Both the position numbers and the translations under genes were made by a program. 64,000 bases of DNA from an uncultured virus (IMG/VR IMGVR_UViG_3300046463_000793) (Duplodnaviria; Heunggongvirae; Uroviricota; Caudoviricetes): IMG/VR virus record IMGVR_UViG_3300046463_000793, one strand, 5' to 3'. Below the pieces are notes generated by a model. The model had not been told where the DNA came from, did not search any database, and saw only the letters and a program-made list of their open reading frames with translations. Below, piece after piece: positions 6,704 through 16,858 of the stretch (position 1 is the stretch's first letter; every line of letters starts with the position of its first letter).

Positions 6704-9700
6704 ATGATGGACGGCGCCAACTTCCCGCCCCCGAAGGACGACGAAGCGCAGCCGCGGGCGGGGGCGCGTTGGGAGACCGTGCAGCACCTCTACACCGTGA
6801 ATTCCGGCAGCGCGCCGCCGGCCAACACGCTGTTAATTGGCGAGCTCGGACTGGAGCTGGCGGACCCGGTCAAGATCTGGGCCGGCGTGCCGACCAGCAT
6901 GGACGCTACGGGCCGCAAGCTGCTCTACGACAGCAGCAAGGGCGCCGGGGCGGCATTCCCCGAGGCGCCGCTCGACGGGCTGGTCTACGGCCGCCAGGGC
7001 AGCACTGCGTCGTGGCTGGGGGTATTGCCCCTGACCGGCGGCACGCTCTCCGGAGCGCTGACCATCCAGAGCACGAGCGACGCTACACTCTATGTCCATG
7101 CGACCGGACCAAGCTGGCCCGCCGTCAAATGGAACACTGATCTGGCGGGCACCGCTGCGGGCTACTTTGAATCGCAACGCTACGGCAAATCGCGCTGGTC
7201 GGTGGAGTTCGGCGGCACCGAGCGAGAGACTGGCTTTGACGCCGGCACCAACTTTCTGATCAACCGGTTTGACGACAACGGCAACGTGAAGTTTCCCACT
7301 CCGTTCGCCATCACACGCGCGACCGGCTATGTGCATTTCGGCTCGCTGGTGTTTCTCGCCACCGATCCCAATACCGACCTGGAAGCGGCGACCAAACACT
7401 ACGTCGACCAGCAAAGCCCGGCGAACAAATACCTGTTGCTGACCGGTGGCACGATCAACCCCGGCCCGCTCAACATCGAAAACCTGATCGACAACCCGCG
7501 GCTGAACCTCACCGGGCTGTCTGGCATCGGCTCCTACTGGCCGATCATCACGCTAAATGTGCAGGCGACCACCGGTTCGGTCGGTATCATCCAGAGCCAA
7601 CGCAACGGCGCGCGGCGCTGGACGATCACCCTGGGCGACGGCTTTACGCCGGAGGTGCTCGGCTCCAGCGCCGGCACCGATCTGATAGTTTCGCGCTACG
7701 ACGATTTCGGCGGGCTGCTCGGCAACGTGCTGACCATCGCGCGCGGCAGCGGCAACACCACCCTGAACGCCGCACTGATCGTGGCAGGCACGGTATTGCT
7801 GCAAGCCGGTGATCCAACCACCGACCAGGGGGCCGCCACCAAGCACTACGTCGATATCAAAGCGGGCGGCTATCTGCCGCTCACCGGTGGCCGGCTCAGC
7901 GGTGGGCTAAGCTTCGGGACGCGCTACGCGGCCAACGCACAAGACTTGAGCGCACATATCGCGCTGTATGATGGCTGGGGCGGCTTCAGCATCACCCCAG
8001 GCCATCTGAACGTTGTCGCTGGCGGCGCACTGGCGCTGAGCTTTGATGGCCCGTCGATCTTCGTGGCGCCGAACACCGGCCTCTACGTGAACCGCGATCC
8101 CTCCACTGATATGGAGGTGGTCAATCTTCGCTACCTGAACGCCAACACGGTCAACATCGCTGGCGGCGACGCGCGCTGGGTCAACGTGACTGGCGACACG
8201 ATGTCCGGCAATTTGATGATCTCCTCGCCGAGTCAGCAAACGGCGTTCGTGGTTAACGCGCCGATGGGAACCTCGCCGGGATATGCGTTCTACATCGGCG
8301 GCAGGCAGCGGTGGTTTGTCGGGGTCAGTCCTGATCTGGAAGATGGCAGCGGCTTCGGCAGCAACCTCGCATTTTACAGCTACCACGACGACGGCAGCTT
8401 CAGCGGCACGCCGCTATGGATCGATCGCCAGGATGGCTATCTCTGGGTGCAGAACACCATCTCGGTCGGCCGCGATCCGATCACCAGCATGGAGGTGGTT
8501 ACTTTAGAATACGCGCGCGCCAACTACGCGCCGATCACAGGCGGTGGTTACCTCCCGCTGACCGCTGGGCCATCATATCCTCTGACCAATGCGCTTTACA
8601 TCGACTCAACCACGACGGGCCTCGCTGCTGCGATCCATCTTACGACACCGGGCTGGCCCGCCGTCGTGTGGAACACCACGACCAACAGCGTCACAGGGGG
8701 AAACACTGCGGCAGGGTATTTCGCTTCGCAGCGACAAGGCAGGAACCGCTGGTCGGTAGAGTTCGGCGGCACCCAACAGGAAACCGGCGGTAATCAGGGC
8801 ACTGACTTCCTGATCAATCGCTTCGATGATGGCGGCAACGTTCTCTACCCCAGTCCGTTCGGTATCAATCGCCAGCTTGGCACGGTGACCATCCTACCGC
8901 CGCTGATGCTCGCTGGCCCGCCTACAACCACCAACCAAGCCGCGACGATGGGCTACGTTGACGGCAAGGCGGGCAACTACCTGCCGCTCGGTGGCGGCAT
9001 CATGCAGGGCGGCATCTCGTGGGCTGATGTGTATGGCCAAAGCCCGAGCGATGCCACGCATCATCTGATCCTGCACAGTGGTTTCGGCATCGGGGTTACC
9101 GCCAACCGGCTGAACTACATTGCCGACATCAACAGCGAACATTCATTCATCGCTGGCTCTGAGGTCGCGTGGTTCAACACCTACGGTCTAGGCATGGCGG
9201 CAGGCACCGACATCTATCTCGCGCGCGATCCCACATCAGCCTTACAGGCGACCACCAAGCGCTACGCCGATTTGATGCTGCCGTTGGCCGGTGGTGTGAT
9301 GACCGGCGGCATCCGGTTTAACGATAACAATTACCTCGGTGTCGCTGGGCGACCCGACACCAGCCACCACATCACGCTGTTCAGCGGTTACGGGTTCTCG
9401 ATCACCACGGCCAGCTTGAATATCGTTTCGACTGATCAGATTTGGTTCTCTAACAGCCAGAGCGGCCACGACATCGCCTATTTCCGCGAAAATGTCGGAC
9501 TGGCTTTCGTCGGCATCACCAACACCGTCACGGTGGGCCGCGATCCAACCGCCAAGATGGAGGTGGTCACCAAACAGTATGCCGATGGGCTAATCGGTGC
9601 GGCGGGCGGACCATTCCTGCCGATCGTTGCTGGGTTTAACAATGCGCTGACCGGCGAATTGTATCTGCCGCATGTCACGCCGACGGTAGACGAAATGGCG

Positions 9701-12700
9701 ACGCCGAAATTCTACGTCGACTTGGCAGATCAGAATCTGCAAAGCCAGATTTCGGCGGTGGTGTCCGGCAACCTCGTGTTCTACGGCCAGTTGGATGTCG
9801 CAAACGATGTGGTGCATTACAAATATACCGTAAACCTTCCCGACACTCCTATGCCGTCGCCGAGTGCTGTCCCCAAGGGCGGCTATATAATCGTGACAGT
9901 GGGAGGGATACCCCCGACAGGGACCAGCACGAACATTCCGCCTTTGCCTCTTGGCACTCCGCAGTATGTGCGCGGCGATTGGTTCATTAGCGACGGCGAG
10001 ATATGGATTTTTCTGCCGACCGGCCTCGTCTACTTCACGGCGGATGCCGTTGAGGTTTCCCCGCCGATCCAAGGCACGACCGACGTGCAGGCCACACTGA
10101 CGTGGCTCAACACCAACAAGCTTAACCTTGCTGGCGGCACCATGCAGGGGCAGCTATTACAGCCCCTGGTGCCAACCACCGGCACCAGCTTGGTCAACCG
10201 CAACTACGTCACCAGCACGCTCGGCGGCTACCTCGCGCTGTCCGGCGGCACCATGCTGGGCGGCATCAGCTTCGATGACAGTCTGGCAACCGGCAGCACC
10301 ACAGACACATCGAAATACCTCACGCTGCACAGTGCTGGCTACGGGTTTGGCGTTTCAGCATACCGGCTGAATTACACGGTCAGCGCCACCGACAACCACT
10401 ATTTCATCGTGGGCGGCATCGACAAACTGTGGGTCAATTCAAACGGCGTCGGCACCTCGTGCCCAGTCTACCTGGGCCACGATCCGCCAACGACTGGCAG
10501 CGAGGCGGCCAGCAAGAACTATGTCGACGGCCGCACGCCGCTGGCCACCGATGCGCCGAATGACACTTGGTGGTGGGGCAGACACGCCGCAACGTGGGCG
10601 CCCGTGTCGGGCCTTCAGTATATCGGTGCTGGCGCCTATGACCTGAACGCGGTCGGTCCTGGGGCATACATCGGCTTGCTCAACATCACCAACCAAACCA
10701 ACGCGCCGAACTGGCCGACTGACCTGTGGGCGCAGACCGCGCTCGTGTTGCACGGTTACAACTCCAACTACGGCTGGCAAAACCAGATATTGATGGGGCC
10801 TGCCCAAAACACTGGCGACGCGGCGATCTGGTATCGCAACCAGAGCGGCGGGGTGTGGTCACCGTGGTGGCGGATCATGACCGCCGCTGGCGGCACGTTC
10901 ACCGGGCGAGTCACATTCAACGGGGCTGCGGTCGCTGTTTTTAACGCCTACACCGGGGATGTCAGCGGCGTCGAGGCAATCGTTATTTCCGGCAATGGTA
11001 ACCTCACTGTCCCCACGCCCGCTTGGAGCGGCGGCTTGTCGTGGAACCTGACCGGAGGTGGCAGCGAGCTATCGTTCGTCAATAATTTTACCACAACGTC
11101 GCGTAGCTTCAGTTGGTGGCAGGTTGATAGCGCGACCGCGATGCGGCAGCTTGGATGGTTCTCGCCGAACGGCGATCTGTCTGTCACGGGCGCGGTGTAT
11201 CTACTGAAAGGCGATCCCTCCACATCGACACAGGCGGCCAACAAGAACTACGTTGATGGCGTCATCACCCGCGCGGGCGGACCGTTCCTGCCGATCATCG
11301 GTGGCACCCTTTCCGGCAATCTCGGCTTGAATGGCGCGTGGCCAACCATCACGCTGGACACTGCGTCGGGCATGGCCCGGCAGATCATGGGCACGACGGT
11401 CGGGTCGCCGCGCTGGCTGATCCGTCTGGGAGATAACACTTCCGAAGCTGGCAACAACCTCGGGTCAGACTTCAACCTATGGCGCTATGCTGACAACGGC
11501 AGCGATGCCTGGATAGCGTTCTTCATTAAACGCCAGACTGGTGATGTTACCGTTGGCGGCACCATCTTCGTCGGCACCGACCCGACGCAGAACATGGCGG
11601 TCGCCACCAAGCAATACGTCGATGCGGTCCGCACGGCGCTCGGTGGATACCTGCCACTCACAGGCGGCACGCTCTCAGGGTTGCTGACCGCGCAAGCCAG
11701 CATCCAAATAACTGGCGGCGCACTTTGGTCTGGTTGGAATGGTGCCGGAGGCGCGCAGATCAACCTACAAGGCGTCCCTGGTTCCTATCGTTCGCTGACT
11801 TGGTATTCAGGCAACTACCGACTTTGGGACATCGGCAATTCCAGCAGCGAGCCGCGCGACGGTTCTAACACTGGCGGCGATCTGGTGTTCTATCGCTACG
11901 ATGATGCCGCCAACATACTTGGCTCACCGTTGATGATCATGCGTGCCAGCGGCGCGGTGATGCTGGACCGCGACCCAACCGCCAACCTGCAAGCTGCCAC
12001 CAAGCAGTATGTCGATACCAAGTCTGGCAATTTCCTGCCGATCACGGGCGGCACGCTCACCGGTAGACTGAACATACAGTTCACGGCTGACTCCACCACA
12101 GGGCACCTGTTTCTGGCCCCCGCCAACTTCAGCGGCAACGCACTGGAAGGCAAGCTGCGGTTTGGCGGCACGTTTGGCATCGGTGTCGGTGATACCGGCG
12201 TGCGCCTCACATCATCGATCCGCTCGGGCTTCCGCTCCAACGCCTGGGGTTATGAATACCTCGACGTGTGGATCAACAACGGCAACCCGAACGACGCGTC
12301 GTCCGACATCAATCAGGTGATGGTCGCCAGCTTCAACCGCTTCGGCCTCACCATGCCAGCCAGCATGGCCATCACGCTGTCAGCGGACCCCACGGCCGAC
12401 CTACAGGCTGCGACCAAGCAGTATGCTGATGGCATCATCCTGCGCAACGGCGGCCCGTGGTTGCCGATCGCGGGAGGCGAGATCACCGGTAACCTTCAGG
12501 TCGACGGTGTATTTACGATCGCCGCCAACGCGTCGACCATCAGTGGAATGCAAGGCTGGGGTGGGATCGTAGGTAACCTGACCCAAGGTCAGGGCGAGGT
12601 GGATTTCGTCGCGCTTTATACCGGCTATGGCGGCTTCAGTTGGTGGCAAGCGCAGCCCGGTTACGTGAAGGTGCAAATCGCGCAACTTCAACCAAACGGC

Positions 12701-15133
12701 ACGTTTGCGACTTGGGGCTTAGGACACGTATATTACGGCTTGCCGCACGGTGGTAACGTTGTTGGCTTCTCGTGGTATGGCGGTTGGTTGAATGCCTATG
12801 TCGATGGCAACTTCATCGGCTACCTCGCAACGTCAGATTTTCTGTCGCAGACCTACCTCGCGCTGACCGGCGGCAATCTGAGTGGCGGCATTCACTTCAC
12901 TGGCGTTGCCAGCGGCTGGAATGATCTGACGAAGCACATCGACCTACACGGTGGCAACACCGGGTTTTCGGTCGATAGCGGCGGCACGCTCAACTATGTG
13001 TTTCCCGGTGTTAGCAACATCTTTGCCGGTGGCGGTTTCATTGGCCAGATCAGTTCGACCGGGCTGAACAACTTTAACATCGGCCAATCCGTCGCTGGGC
13101 TTGGCACATTCACGGTGCTGCGGGCTGTGGGGGACAACCCGCAGATCAACATCGATGGCCCGGCGGCGACGTGGCGCACGCTGCAATTCTACACGGCCGG
13201 GGCGCCGCGCTGGAACTTCCAAGTTAACGCAGGCACTGAACCCGGCGGCAATGCTGGTAGTGATTTCGGCATCACCCGGTGGACTGATGCCGGTGCGCCG
13301 ATTGATCAGCCACTGATGATCAGCCGCGCAACTGGACAGGTGAATTTCTCCACCACAGTCGGCCCGCTGCATTTCGGCAATCGCATCGCGCCCAACAACA
13401 ACGGCTGGGATACCTCGGCGCACATCACGCTATGGGACACCGGCTACGGCTTCTCAATCACTGGCGGCACGCTGAACGTCGTCGCTGGGCAAACCATCCA
13501 GTTCTGGAGCGGCCAGTCGTCGCTGGGGTATTTTACCGGCGGCGGTGGCCTTGTTATGGCCAACGGCAGCACGGTCACGCTGGGCCGCGATCCGACTGCG
13601 GCGATGGAAGCCGTGACGCTGCAATACTTCCAAGCCAACGGCGCACCATCTGGCGCCTACCTGCCGATCGATGGCAGCGTCGCCATGACGCCCGGCAACC
13701 TCAGACTGAACGCTGGCGCGACGCCGCCGACCGCGCGCACCATCACCGGGCAGACCGCTGGGGTTGATGAGTGGTGCATCTTCCTGGGCGGCATGAACCA
13801 CGCGCCGTTCGCCATCACCAAATACATCGGCGTCGCGTCTTATCAGCCTGGGATTTCGATCGACTGGACGACGCTGAATGTCACTCTGCTTGGCAATTTG
13901 ACTGTTAACAAAACCCAGGGGACCATCTCGGTCAACGACCCGGGCGGCGCTTATGCGCAGTTGGGCGCTTATCCCGGCGGCGGCACGTTGTCGGTGTATG
14001 GCAGCAACTCACAAATCACTCTGGCCAATGCAGGCAGTGGCCACATCAACTCTATCGTCGGTTATAGCGGCACGACGTATCAGCGCTGGTCGATCGCAAT
14101 GGGCAACGCAACGCCCGAAAGCGGCAGCAATCTCGGGTCCGATTTCAGCATAGCGCGGTTCAGCGATACCGGGGTTCAGCTTGGCACGCCGTTCGCCATC
14201 TCACGCCAGACCGGCAACATCGCCATCGCGCAAACCTTGTTCGTCAACAACGGCCGAGTTGTAAGCTGGGGCACCGGCAACGTCGCGCACGCTATGTGGA
14301 ACACCACTGCCGCTTTAGGCTCGGCCATGTGGCTCGGGAATGACGGTGTCCTGTGGTTCGGCATAGCGGACTCAACCGGCACACCGACCGGTGGACAGGT
14401 GTCGATCGATCGTAGCAACAACCTTACAGCCAACGGACTGTATGGCAGCTATGTTCAGTCCTACGGCTCGATTATGTGCAATTCCGGCACGTTCTACGTT
14501 GCAGCTAATACGAATTACTATCTGAGCCGTGGCACCAACGGCACTTGGAGCTTCGTCGAAAACAACGTTACCAACTTCACGATTGATGGCAGCGGCAACG
14601 CAGCTTCAAAGGGCGAACTCCAGGCATATGCAAACCTGCGATGCGCGGGCGCTGGTGTCTATTATACCAACATCGGCGTCAACGGCTTCAACTTCCGCTG
14701 GAATGGCACCAATATCTTTGGGCGCGTCGATAACGCGGTCGAGTTTCAGCTTAGCAACCAATCCGATGAACGCCGCAAGACCGACATCGCGCCATCCACG
14801 TTTGACTGCCTCGCCGCCGTGCTGGCCTCGCCGCTGTTCCAGTTCCGCTGGAAGGATGCCACTGAACCGGCGCAGATGTTCACCGCTGCGCCAAAGGCAG
14901 ACGCGCCGCTGATCCCGATCGGCTTCGTGGCACAGCGTCAGCATGCGGTCTTTCCGGAGAGCGTGTTTGTCGGCGGCGAAATAAATGAAAGCGCGGAAGG
15001 TGCCACCAGCGTCTGGTCGATGGATCACAACACGATCTGCGCCGCGCTCTGTGGTGCCGTGCAGCAACTGGTGGCGATGAACGAAGCCCTCGCCGCACGC
15101 GTGGCAACCCTGGAAGCAAGGACACTGCACTGA
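6704..15133 (+). CDS. giant modular fibre protein (2809 aa) with C-terminal peptidase S74-type intramolecular chaperone
   Basis: Repeated YLPLxGGxLxG and DPTxxxxAATKxYVD units; C-terminal SDERRKTDI...GFVAQ...GAVQQL coiled coil. Confidence 0.85.
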   Translation: MMDGANFPPPKDDEAQPRAGARWETVQHLYTVNSGSAPPANTLLIGELGLELADPVKIWAGVPTSMDATGRKLLYDSSKGAGAAFPEAPLDGLVYGRQGSTASWLGVLPLTGGTLSGALTIQSTSDATLYVHATGPSWPAVKWNTDLAGTAAGYFESQRYGKSRWSVEFGGTERETGFDAGTNFLINRFDDNGNVKFPTPFAITRATGYVHFGSLVFLATDPNTDLEAATKHYVDQQSPANKYLLLTGGTINPGPLNIENLIDNPRLNLTGLSGIGSYWPIITLNVQATTGSVGIIQSQRNGARRWTITLGDGFTPEVLGSSAGTDLIVSRYDDFGGLLGNVLTIARGSGNTTLNAALIVAGTVLLQAGDPTTDQGAATKHYVDIKAGGYLPLTGGRLSGGLSFGTRYAANAQDLSAHIALYDGWGGFSITPGHLNVVAGGALALSFDGPSIFVAPNTGLYVNRDPSTDMEVVNLRYLNANTVNIAGGDARWVNVTGDTMSGNLMISSPSQQTAFVVNAPMGTSPGYAFYIGGRQRWFVGVSPDLEDGSGFGSNLAFYSYHDDGSFSGTPLWIDRQDGYLWVQNTISVGRDPITSMEVVTLEYARANYAPITGGGYLPLTAGPSYPLTNALYIDSTTTGLAAAIHLTTPGWPAVVWNTTTNSVTGGNTAAGYFASQRQGRNRWSVEFGGTQQETGGNQGTDFLINRFDDGGNVLYPSPFGINRQLGTVTILPPLMLAGPPTTTNQAATMGYVDGKAGNYLPLGGGIMQGGISWADVYGQSPSDATHHLILHSGFGIGVTANRLNYIADINSEHSFIAGSEVAWFNTYGLGMAAGTDIYLARDPTSALQATTKRYADLMLPLAGGVMTGGIRFNDNNYLGVAGRPDTSHHITLFSGYGFSITTASLNIVSTDQIWFSNSQSGHDIAYFRENVGLAFVGITNTVTVGRDPTAKMEVVTKQYADGLIGAAGGPFLPIVAGFNNALTGELYLPHVTPTVDEMATPKFYVDLADQNLQSQISAVVSGNLVFYGQLDVANDVVHYKYTVNLPDTPMPSPSAVPKGGYIIVTVGGIPPTGTSTNIPPLPLGTPQYVRGDWFISDGEIWIFLPTGLVYFTADAVEVSPPIQGTTDVQATLTWLNTNKLNLAGGTMQGQLLQPLVPTTGTSLVNRNYVTSTLGGYLALSGGTMLGGISFDDSLATGSTTDTSKYLTLHSAGYGFGVSAYRLNYTVSATDNHYFIVGGIDKLWVNSNGVGTSCPVYLGHDPPTTGSEAASKNYVDGRTPLATDAPNDTWWWGRHAATWAPVSGLQYIGAGAYDLNAVGPGAYIGLLNITNQTNAPNWPTDLWAQTALVLHGYNSNYGWQNQILMGPAQNTGDAAIWYRNQSGGVWSPWWRIMTAAGGTFTGRVTFNGAAVAVFNAYTGDVSGVEAIVISGNGNLTVPTPAWSGGLSWNLTGGGSELSFVNNFTTTSRSFSWWQVDSATAMRQLGWFSPNGDLSVTGAVYLLKGDPSTSTQAANKNYVDGVITRAGGPFLPIIGGTLSGNLGLNGAWPTITLDTASGMARQIMGTTVGSPRWLIRLGDNTSEAGNNLGSDFNLWRYADNGSDAWIAFFIKRQTGDVTVGGTIFVGTDPTQNMAVATKQYVDAVRTALGGYLPLTGGTLSGLLTAQASIQITGGALWSGWNGAGGAQINLQGVPGSYRSLTWYSGNYRLWDIGNSSSEPRDGSNTGGDLVFYRYDDAANILGSPLMIMRASGAVMLDRDPTANLQAATKQYVDTKSGNFLPITGGTLTGRLNIQFTADSTTGHLFLAPANFSGNALEGKLRFGGTFGIGVGDTGVRLTSSIRSGFRSNAWGYEYLDVWINNGNPNDASSDINQVMVASFNRFGLTMPASMAITLSADPTADLQAATKQYADGIILRNGGPWLPIAGGEITGNLQVDGVFTIAANASTISGMQGWGGIVGNLTQGQGEVDFVALYTGYGGFSWWQAQPGYVKVQIAQLQPNGTFATWGLGHVYYGLPHGGNVVGFSWYGGWLNAYVDGNFIGYLATSDFLSQTYLALTGGNLSGGIHFTGVASGWNDLTKHIDLHGGNTGFSVDSGGTLNYVFPGVSNIFAGGGFIGQISSTGLNNFNIGQSVAGLGTFTVLRAVGDNPQINIDGPAATWRTLQFYTAGAPRWNFQVNAGTEPGGNAGSDFGITRWTDAGAPIDQPLMISRATGQVNFSTTVGPLHFGNRIAPNNNGWDTSAHITLWDTGYGFSITGGTLNVVAGQTIQFWSGQSSLGYFTGGGGLVMANGSTVTLGRDPTAAMEAVTLQYFQANGAPSGAYLPIDGSVAMTPGNLRLNAGATPPTARTITGQTAGVDEWCIFLGGMNHAPFAITKYIGVASYQPGISIDWTTLNVTLLGNLTVNKTQGTISVNDPGGAYAQLGAYPGGGTLSVYGSNSQITLANAGSGHINSIVGYSGTTYQRWSIAMGNATPESGSNLGSDFSIARFSDTGVQLGTPFAISRQTGNIAIAQTLFVNNGRVVSWGTGNVAHAMWNTTAALGSAMWLGNDGVLWFGIADSTGTPTGGQVSIDRSNNLTANGLYGSYVQSYGSIMCNSGTFYVAANTNYYLSRGTNGTWSFVENNVTNFTIDGSGNAASKGELQAYANLRCAGAGVYYTNIGVNGFNFRWNGTNIFGRVDNAVEFQLSNQSDERRKTDIAPSTFDCLAAVLASPLFQFRWKDATEPAQMFTAAPKADAPLIPIGFVAQRQHAVFPESVFVGGEINESAEGATSVWSMDHNTICAALCGAVQQLVAMNEALAARVATLEARTLH

Positions 15134-15396
15134 TGAGCGATATGGGAAATCCACCACCGGCACCGAATGCCAATCCGGACTGTCCCAATCAACCGGACTA
15201 TTCACAGTGCCGGGTCAGCCGATCGGCCTCGGTGCAGGAACCGATCATTGTCTGGGAACCGATCTACGATGGCACCGGCATGATGACCAACAGCGACCCC
15301 AACACGCACGTTTCGACCTACACCTGCTCGGTGTGCACGCAGAGCTGGGAAATCGCCCAGGTCGCCGGTCAGCAGCAGACCTTCCGCAAGCTATGA
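15133..15396 (+). CDS. small Cys-rich protein (paralog 1)
   Basis: NPDCP...C...WEPIYDG...DPN...CSVC..SW. Confidence 0.75.
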   Translation: MSDMGNPPPAPNANPDCPNQPDYSQCRVSRSASVQEPIIVWEPIYDGTGMMTNSDPNTHVSTYTCSVCTQSWEIAQVAGQQQTFRKL

Positions 15397-15644
15397 GCGG
15401 CGTCGCCGCGCTGCGCAATCCGGACTGTCCTTATAATCCGGCGCTGTGCCGCATCGAGCGCGTGGTGGCGCCCGTGGAGCCGGCGCTGGAGTGGACCATC
15501 ATTTACGACGGCAACGGCAACGCCACCAACGAGGATCCCAACACCTACGTCGCCACCTCGGCCTGCACCACGTGCAAGCAGAGCTGGGAAGTGCAATGGA
15601 CTGGGGCTGAGCCGCCGGTCTACCGCAAGGTGAGCGATGGCTGA
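15393..15644 (+). CDS. small Cys-rich protein (paralog 2)
   Basis: NPDCP...C...WTIIYDG...DPN...CTTC..SW; ATGA coupling. Confidence 0.75.
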   Translation: MSGVAALRNPDCPYNPALCRIERVVAPVEPALEWTIIYDGNGNATNEDPNTYVATSACTTCKQSWEVQWTGAEPPVYRKVSDG

Positions 15645-16212
15645 GCCCAACATCCGCAAGACGATCGACAAAACGGCGGAGCTGCTCAGGCGGGTTGCTG
15701 AGCTCACCGGCAACGACGTGCTGGTTGGCGTGCCGGCGGATAAGACCGGCCGCAAGCAAGGCCCGGTGAACAACGCCACACTGGCGTATATACACGAATT
15801 TGGCTCACCGGCGCGTAACATCCCGGCGCGACCGTTCCTGTATCCCGGCATCCGCAAGGCGAAGCCGGAGATTGTCGCGACGATGAAGCAGGGCGCGATC
15901 GACGTGCTGCATGGTAAGGCGGCGATGTCTGTGCTCAGCCGCGTCGGTATGTTGGCGCGCAACAGCGTGGTGCGTGAGATCACCGATCCGGCGCCGCCGT
16001 TCGTGCCCTTGAAGCCAGCGACCATCCGCGCGCGACTGCGGCGCACCGCCGCCGGGCGGCGGAAGCTGAAGCAGATCAAAGCACGTGGCCAGACGCTGAC
16101 CGGTTGGGCGCAGGCGATCGATCCAGGCACCGGCAGCGCCAACATCCACCCGCTGATCGATACCGGGCAGCTCAGGGCGAGTCTCACGTATGTCGTTAGA
16201 AAGATCCGCTGA
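15637..16212 (+). CDS. neck / virion morphogenesis protein
   Basis: IHEFGSP..NIPARPFL, PLIDTGQLRASLTYVV motifs. Confidence 0.8.
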   Translation: MAEPNIRKTIDKTAELLRRVAELTGNDVLVGVPADKTGRKQGPVNNATLAYIHEFGSPARNIPARPFLYPGIRKAKPEIVATMKQGAIDVLHGKAAMSVLSRVGMLARNSVVREITDPAPPFVPLKPATIRARLRRTAAGRRKLKQIKARGQTLTGWAQAIDPGTGSANIHPLIDTGQLRASLTYVVRKIR

Positions 16213-16592
16213 TGGCGAACATCTCAGTCGTCGAGCTCCTGAGCGATCCGGACTTCGTCGATCCGTGCACCGTGCTGCGCAACGTTGAGACGGTTGGATC
16301 CGACGGCATCGTCAGCTACACCACCCAGACGATTCCGATCTTTGCGTCGATCCAGGCGATAGGCGGTGATGATCTGATGGTGACGCCAGATCTGGCGCGC
16401 ACCGGCGGCAGCTACGAAGTGATCACCACATTCCCGCTGGCCACCGCGACCGACACCACCAAGGCTGATACAGTGCTGTGGCGCGGGATCGAATTCGTGG
16501 TCACCAGCGTCAGTAATTTCCTCAACTTCAACGACCAGTATGAAGGTGTGATGGAAGTCAAAACGATTTCACCACCAGCGGGGGCCCCATGA
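16212..16592 (+). CDS. head closure protein
   Basis: LLSDPDF, ADTVLWRG motifs; position in the neck cluster. Confidence 0.7.
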   Translation: MANISVVELLSDPDFVDPCTVLRNVETVGSDGIVSYTTQTIPIFASIQAIGGDDLMVTPDLARTGGSYEVITTFPLATATDTTKADTVLWRGIEFVVTSVSNFLNFNDQYEGVMEVKTISPPAGAP

Positions 16593-16858
16593 GCGATGAC
16601 CATCCACTGCATGTTTCCGGTGCGGCGCACTCCGTCGAGGCGGTCAGCCTGGAGGAGCAGATGGCCTGGGCTGATGCGCACCGCGACGGCAGGCCTGTCG
16701 TCCGGAGCGATGCGATCGCCACGCTGCACCAACAGTGCACGGAGGTTATCGCAGCCTCCAACCTGAACCATCATCACCGCATGATGGCAGCCGCCAAACT
16801 GGAAGAGCTGTTCTTCTGGATCCGCGCCGGCATGGCGCGTGGTGAGGGGCAATCCTGA
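16589..16858 (+). CDS. small helical protein, Acb2/Tad1-like hairpin pattern
   Basis: C-terminal AAAKLEELFFWIRAGMAR resembles the A..KLEEA..W...AIAR pattern. Confidence 0.5.
   Translation: MSDDHPLHVSGAAHSVEAVSLEEQMAWADAHRDGRPVVRSDAIATLHQQCTEVIAASNLNHHHRMMAAAKLEELFFWIRAGMARGEGQS

Noticed and set aside
6704..15133. Diversity-generating retroelement or invertase shufflon acting on the fibre
   Set aside because: No reverse transcriptase, no adenine-specific TR/VR pair and no site-specific recombinase seen in the window.
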